Assembly (NCBI GenBank): GCA_002633005.1
Contig: NMRA01000126.1
Coordinates: 801,212 to 865,211, forward strand
Direction of reading: 5' to 3'
Source of the DNA: Phoronis australis
Lineage: Eukaryota > Animalia > Phoronida
DNA: 64,000 nt
Part shown: positions 52,560-64,000 of the stretch, in pieces
Position numbering within the stretch: position 1 is the first letter of the stretch
How the letters are laid out: each line of letters starts with the position of its first letter
Translations under genes and position numbers: made by a program
The notes under the pieces: model-generated
Databases searched by the model: none
The model's input: the letters and a program-made list of their open reading frames with translations, nothing else
What the model was told of the DNA's origin: nothing

Positions 52560-55500
52560 CTGCAAAATCACAGAAATAACAAATACAGCGTTCACGTGGC
52601 GTCCGATCAAAAGGCGGGTCAGCCGCGGTACAAAAAGGTTACCCGCACCATTAAAACGACAATACACCCCCTAGTGCCATAAAGTATTTTATGTTGGATC
52701 ACGTGACGCTGTAAATTAGCTCTCAAACAAAGAAACAAATGACAGTTCATTGAAATGATACAAAAAGTGGTTTGAAGATTTCAACCAATCCTCGTTCTGT
52801 CACCTGCTAATGCATCATTACCGGTAATCTCGAAAGATACAAGCGGGAATCAACTATTAATTCACACTTCCAATCTCACAACTTGCACGTTACGTCATTG
52901 GTGGGTGGCCTTTTCCCACAGTTGCCGCCTAACTCGCTAAAATGAAAGTCACTTTTGCCCATTTAGAAGTTTTTAAATTTCCTAGCAAACATTTGATGAA
53001 GATTGAGGTCTGCTGAGCATTAGCTTGCTTCAGAGAACTGGATGGAGAAGTCGTTTTTAGTAGCTGTTAAAGGGCCAGAACCTGGTTTGGCATCTTTTCA
53101 ATAGTTGAGATCTTACGCCGTGATCGATCTACGCTATGCAGCTTGATTTCACGTAATAACAAACCGCTAGTTTTTCATAAGCCCAGGAATTCAGTCGCCC
53201 GACTAACAAACAAGCTAAGTCCAGATTTGTAGCGGTATCGTCATCAATTCGGAATTAGTTTTTTACTACAGCGACTGTGTGGAGGGCTTAATCGACAGAG
53301 TCTGTGCACTGTGTCAAAATATCTACAAAAACTGTAAAGCTTTTTATATAACTGAGAAAAATTATGCTTTTTCTGACAGTAGAAAGACTGTAAAATTTAT
53401 TTGCGTCTCCACCTTTTGGCATCAATACCGCAACCAAGTTTTGTTTGATACATTTGTTCAAGATGAAATCTCAAACATGATGTCACAGTTTTCTTCTTAA
53501 TTATCATTTCATTTTTGTTTACTGAAATGTTTGATTTTTCCATGATAAACATAAAATTCTTCATAAGCGCTACACTTACACAGTGGTAGGCCAGCGAGAC
53601 GAGCTAGTTCAAAGTGAAACAAGAGCATGAATGAGAATATAAAGTCAAATATTATGACAATGAATAATCATACAATACAGACTATTATCTACTGTGTAAA
53701 GGTTATGACAAAGTGTGACAGATGCAGGCCGATGCTGCATCCATTCACCCTTATATTTTGTAAATTCCAGTCACAAAAGTTTATCATTCAAAAAGCAAAT
53801 ACCAAAATTACTTTTGAGAACAGTGCATGTATCTCAAAGTTCCACTTGAATTGGATTACCCATATCTGAGATATGTTTCAAAACTCGCCAAGAAATGTGA
53901 AATTTTCCTTGGGTTCTGTCTAACCTTAATTTAAGTAGCGCTGAAATAGATGGTGGTGTATTTCATACATTAGAATTCGTTTTAAGAGTTCTTGATCAAC
54001 AAGATCGTGGTTTAAAAGACAAAAACAAAGTCTTCCAAAATTTGTTGAAAAAATTCCCATCATGGTCAATTTTAAGAAAACCATCACACGCTACTCAAAA
54101 AATCAGATCTTACCTGCAATCTTCTTCGTTTCATTACATGACGGAGATGGTGTAGTAGAACCATGGATGGGCGAACTAGAGGAGGATTCGGTAAATCGAG
54201 TACTTCCCGATGGTGTGATATCTGTTGCTGGCGAAGCGTTTTTTGCCGTGGTGTAATTAGTTGGGAAAGTGGTGGCAGTTGATGCTGGGGTTCTAGTTGG
54301 GGATCTGGTGGTAGTCGGGGTAGTGATGGTAGTCGGGGGTCTGGTGGTAGTCGGCGAGGTGGTGGTAGACAGGGGTGTGGTGGTCGTTGGGGATGTGGTG
54401 GCATTCGGGGAAGTGTTTGTAGTCGAAATTTCAAATAAGCAGAACTCTTTACACTTGACGAAGTAACACTTGTTTCTACATTTCTTGCCGTCCCACAAGT
54501 CGATATGTCCTGTAGGATGCTTGGGGTTATTCTTCCAGGTGCAGTGCCGGAATGTTATGATTCCTTTCTTTCCCTGAAATATATTGCCAATCGTCATGTG
54601 GTTTGAATACTTAACTGGGGTTGTCAACAGACTGTTGTATAATGTATGGAATTTTTCGGTAACGTTTTAAGTATAGATTGGAATATCAAATCACCGGTCT
54701 TGTAATTAAAGACATGAACAATCATGGTACCATGTCGAAGTTTTTCGGTAGAAAATGAAAACCTTAAACGTGACAAACTGAACAGTGTACGAAAAACAAA
54801 TATCTTACACGTTGAAACACGGTGTATCAGACGTTTGGCACTGAAATCCTTCTTAATTGGGTCTAACTTTTACATTCAATTAGTTGCGTGAAATTAGTAG
54901 GCGGTCATATATTGTTTTGCATCCGGCGGAAACCGCCGATGAAAATGTCATGGAAGCGATGTAATATTGTTTGCAATTTCAGCAAAAAGAAATTTCTTCT
55001 GCATTCTGACTCTGAGACCAACTTACCGCTAGATCTGATTCCTGCTTTACACACAACGGCTTTTTGAAAATCTTCGTCAGGTAGCAATGCCATGTGTCCG
55101 CCCTGATGACGTATTTTTGACCTTGTTTGTTCTTAAAGCCCGACCAGTCACAGTTATCAGATTTCTTGATGCATATCTTGTAGCCTGTTCGAAGATATAG
55201 GGCAGGAAGAACGACATAAACAAGTTTCAAATCGTGTGCAAATTTGTAAATTGACTTGATAGTTCTTGTTTTCCGAAAACCATATTTGAAATTTAAATAG
55301 TATTTTACGCGTCTTGATGCCCGACAGCTTCAGGAGAACTGTCCAGGAGGCCAAATTTTGTCAATTTCTTGCCAATGAAAATACAATGGGAAGTGTCATA
55401 TTAAGATAAGTCCTGAGTTAACTTCGGAAGCTCGTACTTACCTAATTGATATAATGTGTAACTAAATCTCAGGCCGCATGTATCACCATAACTTTTATCA

Positions 55501-58500
55501 AATCCCGCCTTTTTCCACATTGCAGGCTTGTCAAATATGTTTGGGTCCGGGTACTTTGTCCACAAATCATTGAAAGTAAAATCTGCAAAGTCATAGAAAT
55601 AACAAATACAGCGTTCTCGTGGTGTCCGATTGAAAGAGTTGTCCGCCGTCTTTTTTGACTTGACTTTTTATAAACATTTCACATCTGACTGCGTCATAAA
55701 ATTTTTATCTGTACCATTAAAGCGAATATAAACACCCTAGTTGACGCAAAAATAACTTGGGTTAGATCAATTTCCGCTGTAAATTAGGTCTCAAACAAAG
55801 AAAGAACTGACAGTAGGCTACCTTAGTAAGGTACAAAAGCCTGTTTGGACGATTTCAACCAATCCTTGCTCTGTCACCTGCTTATGCATCTTTGGCGTCA
55901 ATTTCGAAAGATAAGGGCAAGAATCAACTAAAAATTCATATTCCAATATCGCAATATGGATATGACGGTCACTGGTGAGTGATCTTTTCCGACAGTTGCC
56001 GCATGATTCGCTAAAACGTAGGTTACGCTTGTTCATTTAGCAGTTTTTAAATTTCCCTGCAAACCTTTAAAGATTATGGATGGTTGCAGAGCATTATTTT
56101 GTTTCAAAGAACTGGATGGGAACGTCGTTTTTAGTACCTGTTAAAGAGCCTGAACCGGGTTTGGAAGCCTGTTCATTGTTGAGATAATGTGCCGTGATCG
56201 AGTTACGCTATCAAGGTTGATTTCGCGTAATAATGAAGTGCTAGTCTTTAACAATCCCGGGAATTCATCCGCTCTACTAATGAACAAGCTAAGTCTAGAG
56301 TTGTAGCGGTAATATCGGAAATCAGAGTTAGGTTTTTTACCGAAGGCGGCTTGATGTAGGACTTAATCGACAGAGTCTGTAAATTCAACTAAATTTCTGG
56401 ATACATGTAACTATAAAGTTTAACTGAGTAAAAGTATGCATTTTCTGAAATAAAATCCTATAAAATTTGTTTTGAGTCTTTCTATTAATCAGCCGTCTAT
56501 TGGAACACGTCACTTTGTCTTTTTAGTAAAGAAAGACACATTCTGTGAAAAACAACTGCATCAATATCGTAGCCAAGTTTTTGTTGATACAAGTATTCAA
56601 TACGAAATCTAAACAATTATGTCAGAGTGTTCTTAATTATCATTTCGCTTTCGTTTCCTAAAATGTTTACTTTTTTCATCATAGCCGTGAAAATTATTTA
56701 TATGCGCTGCACAAATGCAGGCCGATGCTGCATCCATCCACCTTCTATATTTGATAAACACTGGTACCAAATTTGATCATTGCAAAAGCAAACACCAAAA
56801 GTGCTTTTGAGAACAGTGCATTAGTATAGTATCTGAAAATTTGACCTCAACCTGGATAGCTTTTCCGAGAATTGTTTTAACGTTCGCCCTGAAATATGGA
56901 TTTTTTTCTGGAATCCTATGTAACCTTAGTATATGGACAGTAGATGATGTACAGAAATGTTCGATTTTTCATTCTTCAAAATTCGTTTTCGGAATTCTAG
57001 ATGCACAAGATTCTGGTCTAAAAGGCAAAAGTAACGTTTTACAACATTTGTAAAAAATAGTCAGGATGGCCAATTTTAAGAGAACCATCACACTCTTTTC
57101 AGACAATCAGATCTTACCTGCAATCTTCTTCGTTTCATTACATGACGGAGATGGTGTAGTAGAACCATGGATGGGCGAACTAGAGGAGGATTCGGTAAAT
57201 CGAGTACTTCCCGATGGTGTGATATCTGTTGCTGGCGAAGCGTTTTTTGCCGTGGTGTAATTAGTTGGGAAAGTGGTGGCAGTTGATGCTGGGGTTCTAG
57301 TTGGGGATCTGGTGGTAGTCGGGGTAGTGATGGTAGTCGGGGGTCTGGTGGTAGTCGGCGAGGTGGTGGTAGACAGGGGTGTGGTGGTCGTTGGGGATGT
57401 GGTGGCATTCGGGGAAGTGTTTGTAGTCGAAATTTCAAATAAGCAGAACTCTTTACACTTGACGAAGTAACACTTGTTTCTACATTTCTTGCCGTCCCAC
57501 AAGTCGATATGTCCTGTAGGATGCTTGGGGTTATTCTTCCAGGTGCAGTGCCGGAATGTTATGATTCCTTTCTTTCCCTGAAATATATTGCCAATCGTCA
57601 TGTGGTTTGAATACTTAACTGGGGTTGTCAACAGACTGTTGTATAATGTATGGAATTTTTCGGTAACGTTTTAAGTATAGATTGGAATATCAAATCACCG
57701 GTCTTGTAATTAAACACATGAACAATCATGGTACCATGTCGAAGTTTTTCGGTAGAAAATGAAAACCTTAAACGTGACAAACTGGACAGTGTACGAAAAA
57801 CAAATATCTTACACGTTGAAACACGGTGTATCAGACGTTTGGCACTGAAATCCTTCTTAATTGGGTCTAACTTTTACATTCAATTAGTTGCGTGAAATTA
57901 GTGGGCGGCCATATATTGTTTTGCATCCAGCGGAAACCGCCGATGAAAATGTCATGGAAGCGATGTAATATTGTTTGCAATTTCAGCAAAAAGAAATTTC
58001 TTCTGCATTCTGACTCGGAGACCAACTTACCGCTAGATCTGATTCCTGCTTTACACACAGCGGCTTTTTGAAAATCTTCGTCAGGTAGCAATGCCACGTG
58101 TCCGCCCTGATGACGTATTTTTGACCTTGTTTGTTCTTAAAGCCCGACCAGTCACAGTTATCAGATTTCTTGATGCATATCTTGTAGCCTGTTCGAAGAT
58201 AGAGGGCAGGAAGAACGACATATACAAGTTTCAAATCGTGTGCAAATTTGTAAATTGACTTGATAGTTCTTGTTTTCGGAAAACCATATTTGAAATTTAA
58301 ATAGTATTTTACGCGTCTTGATGCCCGACAGCTTCAGGAGAACTGTCCAGGAGGCCAATTTTTGTCAATTTCTTGCCAATGAAAATACAATGAGAAGTGT
58401 CATATTAAGATAAGTCCTGAGTTAACATCGGAAGCTCGTACTTACCTAATTGATATAATGTGTAACTAAATCTCAGGCCGCATGTATCACCATAACTTTT

Positions 58501-61500
58501 ATCAAATCCCGCCTTTTTCCACATTGCAGGCTTGTCAAATATGTTTGGGTCCGGGTACTTTGTCCACAAATCATTGAACGTAAAATCTGCAAAGTCATAG
58601 AAATATCAAATACAGCGTTCTCGTGGTGTCCGATTGAAAGAGGGATCCGCCGTCTTTTTTGACTTGACTTTTTATAAACATTTCACATCTGACTGCGTCA
58701 TAAAATTTTTATCTGTGCCATTAAAGCGAATATAAACACCCTAGTTGACGCAAAAAGAACGTGGGTTAGATCAACTTCCGCTGTAAATTAGGTCTCAAAC
58801 AAAGAAAGGACTGACAGTAGGCTACCTTAGTAAGGTACAAAAGCCTGTTTGGACGATTTCAACCAATCCTTGCTCTGTAACCTGCTTATGCATCTTTGGC
58901 GTCAATTTTGAAAGATAAGGGCAAGAATCAACTAAAAATTCATATTCCAATATCGCAATATGGATATGACAGTCACTGGTGAGTGATCTTTTCCGACAGT
59001 TGCCGCTGGAATCGCTAAAACGTAGGTTACGCTTGTTCATTTAGCAGTTTTTAAATTTCCCTGCAAACCTTTGAAGATTATGGATGGTTGTAGAGCATTA
59101 TTTTGTTTCAAAGAACTGGATGGGAACATCGTTTTTAGTACCTGTTAAAGAGCCTGAACCGGGTTTGGAAGCCTGTTCATTGTTGAGATAATGTGCCGTG
59201 ATCGAGTTACGCTATCAAGGTTGATTTCGCGTAATAATGAAGTGCTAGTCTTTAACAATCCCGGGAATTCATCCGCTCTACTAATGAACAAGTTATGTCT
59301 AGAGTTGTAGCGGTAATGTCAGAAATCAGAGTTAGTTTTTTTACCGAAGGCGGCTTGATGTAGGACTGAATCGACAGAGTCTGTAAATTCAACTAAATTT
59401 CTAGATACATGTAACTATAAAGTTTAACTGAGTAAAAGTATGCATTTTCTGAAATAAAATCCTGTAAAACTTGTTTTGAGTCTTTCTATTAATCAGACGT
59501 CTATTGGAACACGTCACTTTGTCTTTTTAGTAAAGAAAGACACATTCTGTGAAAAACAACTGCATCAATATCGTAGCCAAGTTTTGGTTGATACAAGTAT
59601 TCAATACGAAATCTAAACAATTACGTCAGAGTGTTCTTAATTATCATTTCGCTTTCGTTTCCTATAATGTTTACTCCTTTCATCATAGCCATGAAAATTA
59701 TTTATATGCGCTGCACCGAGTCACTGGAAGGGCTGCGAGACGAACTCCCGAAGCTAATTAACAGTGAAACAACAACATGGATTAGATTATAAAGTCTTAT
59801 ATTATGACAATGACTGATCATTTATTAGAGAGTAAAATCTACTGTGCAAAGGTGTGTGACAATGTGCCACAAATGCTGTCCGATGCTGCATCCATCCACC
59901 TTCTGTATTTGATAAACACTGGTACCAAATTTGATCATTGCAAAAGCAAAGACCAAGAGTGCTTTTGAGAACAGTGCATTAGTATAGTATCTGAAAATTT
60001 GACCTCAACCTGGATAGCTTTTCCGAGAATTGTTTTAACGTTCGCCCTGAAATATGGATTTTTTCTGGAATCCTATGTAACCTTAGTATATGGACAGTAG
60101 ATGATGTACAGAAATGTTCGATTTTTCATTCTTCAAAATTCGTTTTCGGAATTCTAGATGCACAAGATTCTGGTCTAAAAGGCAAAAGTAACGCTTTACA
60201 ACATTTGTAAAAAATAGTCAGGATGGCCAATTTTAAGAGAACCGTCACACTCTTTTCAGACAATCAGATCTTACCTGCAATCTTCTTCGTTTCATTACAT
60301 GACGGAGATGGTGTAGTAGAACCATGGATGGGCGAACTAGAGGAGGATTCGGTAAATCGAGTACTTCCCGATGGTGTGATATCTGTTGCTGGCGAAGCGT
60401 TTTTTGCCGTGGTGTAATTAGTTGGGAAAGTGGTGGCAGTTGATGCTGGGGTTCTAGTTGGGGATCTGGTGGTAGTCGGGGTAGTGATGGTAGTCGGGGG
60501 TCTGGTGGTAGTCGGCGAGGTGGTGGTAGACAGGGGTGTGGTGGTCGTTGGGGATGTGGTGGCATTCGGGGAAGTGTTTGTAGTCGAAATTTCAAATAAG
60601 CAGAACTCTTTACACTTGACGAAGTAACACTTGTTTCTACATTTCTTGCCGTCCCACAAGTCGATATGTCCTGTAGGATGCTTGGGGTTATTCTTCCAGG
60701 TGCAGTGCCGGAATGTTATGATTCCTTTCTTTCCCTGAAATATATTGCCAATCGTCATGTGGTTTGATTACTTAACTGGGGTTGTCAACAGACTGTTGTA
60801 TAATGTATGGAATTTTTCGGTAACGTTTTAAGTATAGATTGGAATATCAAATCACCGGTCTTGTAATTAAAGACATGAACAATCATGGTACCATGTCGAA
60901 GTTTTTCGGTAGAAAATGAAAACCTTAAACGTGACAAACTGAACAGTGTACAAAAAAAAAAATATCCTACACGTTGAAACACGGTGTATCAGACGTTTGG
61001 CACTGAAATCCTTCTTAATTGGGTCTAACTTTTACATTCAATTAGTTGCGTGAAATTAGTGGGCGGATATATTTTTTTTTGCATCCGGCGGAAACCGCTG
61101 ATGAAAATGTCATGGAAGCGATGTAATATTGTTTGCAATTTCAGCAAAAAGAAATTTCTTCTGCATTCTGACTCCGAGACCAACTTACCGCTAGATCTGA
61201 TTCTTGCTTTACACACAACGGCTTCTTGAAAATCTTCGTCAGGTAGCAATGCCACGTGTCCGCCCTGATGACGTATTTTTGACCTTGTTTGTTCTTAAAG
61301 CNNNNNNNNNNNNNNNNNNNNNNNNNNNNNNNNNNNNNNNNNNNNNNNNNNNNNNNNNNNNNNNNNNNNNNNNNNNNNNNNNNNNNNNNNNNNNNNNNNN
61401 NNNNNNNNNNNNNNNNNNNNNNNNNNNNNNNNNNNNNNNNNNNNNNNNNNNNNNNNNNNNNNNNNNNNNNNNNNNNNNNNNNNNNNNNNNNNNNNNNNNN

Positions 61501-63905
61501 NNNNNNNNNNNNNNNNNNNNNNNNNNNNNNNNNNNNNNNNNNNNNNNNNNNNNNNNNNNNNNNNNNNNNNNNNNNNNNNNNNNNNNNNNNNNNNNNNNNN
61601 NNNNNNNNNNNNNNNNNNNNNNNNNNNNNNNNNNNNNNNNNNNNNNNNNNNNNNNNNNNNNNNNNNNNNNNNNNNNNNNNNNNNNNNNNNNNNNNNNNNN
61701 NNNNNNNNNNNNNNNNNNNNNNNNNNNNNNNNNNNNNNNNNNNNNNNNNNNNNNNNNNNNNNNNNNNNNNNNNNNNNNNNNNNNNNNNNNNNNNNNNNNN
61801 NNNNNNNNNNNNNNNNNNNNNNNNNNNNNNNNNNNNNNNNNNNNNNNNNNNNNNNNNNNNNNNNNNNNNNNNNNNNNNNNNNNNNNNNNNNNNNNNNNNN
61901 NNNNNNNNNNNNNNNNNNNNNNNNNNNNNNNNNNNNNNNNNNNNNNNNNNNNNNNNNNNNNNNNNNNNNNNNNNNNNNNNNNNNNNNNNNNNNNNNNNNN
62001 NNNNNNNNNNNNNNNNNNNNNNNNNNNNNNNNNNNNNNNNNNNNNNNNNNNNNNNNNNNNNNNNNNNNNGCGTCAATTTCGAAAGATAAGGGCAAGAATC
62101 AACTAAAAATTCATATTCCAATATCGCAATATGGATATGACGGTCGCTGGTGAGTGATCTTTTCCGACAGTTGCCGCATGATTCGCTAAAACGTAGGTTA
62201 CGCTTGTTCATTTAGCAGTTTTTAAATTTCCCTGCAAACCTTTGAAGATTATGGATGATTGTAGAGCATTATTTTGTTTCAAAGAACTGGATGGGAACGT
62301 CGTTTTTAGTACCTGTTTAAGAGCCTGAACCGGGTTTGGAAGCCTGTTCATTGTTGAGATAATGTGCCGTGATCGAGTTACGCTATCAAGGTTGATTTCG
62401 CGTAATAATGAAGTGCTAGTCTTTAACAATCCCGGGAATTCATCCGCTCTACTAATGAACAAGCTAAGTCTAGAGTTGTAGCGTTAATATCAGAAATCAG
62501 AGTTAGTTTTTTTACCGAAGGCGGCTTGACGTAGGACTTAATCGACAGAGTCTGTAAATTCAACTAAATTTCTAGATACATGTAACTATAAAGTTTAACT
62601 GAGTAAAAGTATGCATTTTCTGAAATAAAATCCTATAAAATTTGTTTTGAGTCTTTCTATTAATCAGCCGTCTATTGGAACAAGTCACTTTGTCTTTTTA
62701 GTAAAGAAAGACACATTCTGTGAAAAACAACTGCATCAATATCGTAGCCAAGTTTTGGTTGATACAAGTATTCAATACGAAATCTAAACAATTATGTCAG
62801 AGTGTTCTTAATTATCATTTCGCTTTCGTTTCCTAAAATGTTTACTTTTTTCATCATAACCATGAAAAGTATTTATATGCGCTGCACCGAGTTACTGGAA
62901 GGGCTGCGAGACGAACTCCCGAAGCTAATTAACAGTGAAACAACAACATGGATTAGAATATAAAGTCTTATAATATGACAATAACTGATCATATATTAGA
63001 GAGTAAAATCTACTGTGCAAGGGTGTGTGACAATGTGCCACAAATGCAGGCCGATGCTGCATCCATCCACCTTCTATATTTGATAAACACTGGTACCAAA
63101 TTTGATCATTGCAAAAGCAAACACCAAAAGTGCTTTTGGGAACAGTGCATTAGTATAGTATCTGAAAATTTGACCTCAACCTGGATAGCTTTTCCGAGAA
63201 TTGTTTTAACGTTCGCCCTGAAATGTGGATTTTTTCTGGAATCCTATGTAACCTTAGTATATGGACAGTAGATGATGTACAGAAATGTTCAATTTTTCAT
63301 TCTTCAAAATTCGTTTTCGGAATTCTAGATGCACAAGATTCTGGTCTAAAAGGCAAAAGTAACGTTTTACAACATTTGTAAAAAATAGTCAGGATGGCCA
63401 ATTTTAAGAGAACCATCACACTCTTTTCAGACAATCAGATCTTACCTGCAATCTTCTTCGTTTCATTACATGACGGAGATGGTTTAGTAGAACCATGGAT
63501 GGGCGAACTAGAGGAGGATTCGGTAAATCGAGTACTTCCCGATGGTGTGATATCTGTTGCTGGCGAAGCGTTTTTTGCCGTGGTGTAATTAGTTGGGAAA
63601 GTGGTGGCAGTTGATGCTGGGGTTCTAGTTGGGGATCTGGTGGTAGTCGGGGTAGTGATGGTAGTCGGGGGTCTGGTGGTAGTCGGCGAGGTGGTGGTAG
63701 ACAGGGGTGTGGTGGTCGTTGGGGATGTGGTGGCATTCGGGGAAGTGTTTGTAGTCGAAATTTCAAATAAGCAGAACTCTTTACACTTGACGAAGTAACA
63801 CTTGTTTCTACATTTCTTGCCGTCCCACAAGTCGATATGTCCTGTAGGATGCTTGGGGTTATTCTTCCAGGTGCAGTGCCGGAATGTTATGATTCCTTTC
63901 TTTCC
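50963..63905 (-). CDS. dae4: Multi-domain Tae4-like (domesticated amidase effector, Dae4-type) peptidoglycan amidase with Thr/Pro/Ser-rich linkers; 5' end outside the window
   Basis: Repeating exons A (141 nt, phase 1-1), B (158 nt, phase 1-0), C (460 nt, phase 0-1; 156 nt with stop in the last unit) join in frame across all units. Catalytic Cys motif DTCG[ML]R[LF]SY and His motif GKKGII..GHIDLWDG..CxxxC correspond to Tae4 NACPIRMSY and GKKGII..GHVTLWNG..CSDQC. Confidence 0.85.
51281..51596. mobile_element. MITE inserted only in the terminal amidase unit intron
   Basis: TIR caggcccgtagcca / tggctacggtccta; absent from the paralogous introns at ~54730, ~57735 and ~60890. Confidence 0.7.
54114..55582 (-). 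CDS. dae4: Tae4-like amidase domain + mucin-like linker, unit 2
   Basis: Exons 55582-55442, 55184-55027, 54573-54114, all AG/GT with gtaag donors, open in frame. Confidence 0.88.
57118..58586 (-). CDS. dae4: Tae4-like amidase domain + mucin-like linker, unit 3
   Basis: Exons 58586-58446, 58188-58031, 57577-57118; near-identical to unit 2 at +3004 bp. Confidence 0.88.
60275..61301 (-). CDS. dae4: Tae4-like amidase domain + linker, unit 4 (exon A and start of exon B fall in the assembly gap)
   Basis: Exon C 60734-60275; exon B visible from 61301 to its donor at 61189. Confidence 0.8.
61302..62069. other. Assembly gap (N run) within the tandem array
   Basis: 768 Ns; the flanks correspond to positions ~760 bp apart in intact units. 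Confidence 0.98.
63446..63905 (-). CDS. dae4: Tae4-like amidase unit 5, exon C + linker (exons A and B beyond the window)
   Basis: Same acceptor, donor and 460-nt length as the other internal units; one visible linker change (GSTK versus GSTT). Confidence 0.82.
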
Positions 63906-64000
63906 CTGAAATATATTGCCAATCGTCATGTGGTTTGAATACTTAACTGGGGTTGTCAACAGACTGTTGTATAATGTATGGAATTTTTCGGTAACGTTTT

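Larger units (their letters stand above)
50963..64000. repeat. Tandem segmental array, at least 5 units
   Basis: Exon C acceptors at 51118, 54573, 57577, 60734, 63905, giving periods 3455, 3004, 3157, 3171 bp; introns are duplicated with the exons. Confidence 0.97.

Noticed and set aside
54084-54466. Overlapping Pro-rich (- strand) and Val/Gly-rich (+ strand) ORFs, repeated in each unit
   Set aside because: Alternative-frame and antisense shadows of the ACC/ACT-rich linker exon.
55818-56036. ORF MNKRNLRFSESCGNC... as a possible first exon for each unit
   Set aside because: No signal-peptide character, and its start and donor are not conserved in the equivalent spacer before the terminal unit.
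61141-62211. Long ORFs of 266-356 aa
   Set aside because: Artefacts of translating through the N gap.
50963-64000. Bacterial contamination, CRISPR array or prophage as an explanation for the array
   Set aside because: Spliceosomal introns, an animal-type MITE inside an intron, kb-scale repeat units and contiguity with metazoan genes argue against all three.

Overview
Animal (invertebrate-type, intron-rich) genomic DNA, not prokaryotic. From left to right: the 3' end of a sacsin-like gene (DnaJ + HEPN, + strand); a transposon-rich intergenic region; a complete IRAK1BP1/SIMPL gene (-) head-to-head with a complete jagunal/JAGN1 gene (+); a signal-peptide/3xTSP1/transmembrane gene (+) carrying a decayed Academ-type transposon in an intron; and, from ~50.9 kb to the window end, a ~3.0-3.5 kb-period tandem array on the - strand. 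Each array unit has three exons that splice into a complete Tae4-like peptidoglycan amidase domain (a bacterial type VI secretion toxin family; motifs DTCGxRxSY and GKKGII...GHIDLWDG). Splice phases chain the units in frame through ~100-aa Thr/Pro/Ser linkers, and only the leftmost unit has a true terminal stop and poly(A) signal. The best reading is one domesticated (Dae4-type) antibacterial polyprotein with at least 5 catalytic domains; this is the main finding. Also notable is a group of CA-terminal hAT-like elements with 5-bp rather than 8-bp target duplications. Family assignments come from remembered motifs; no database search was run.
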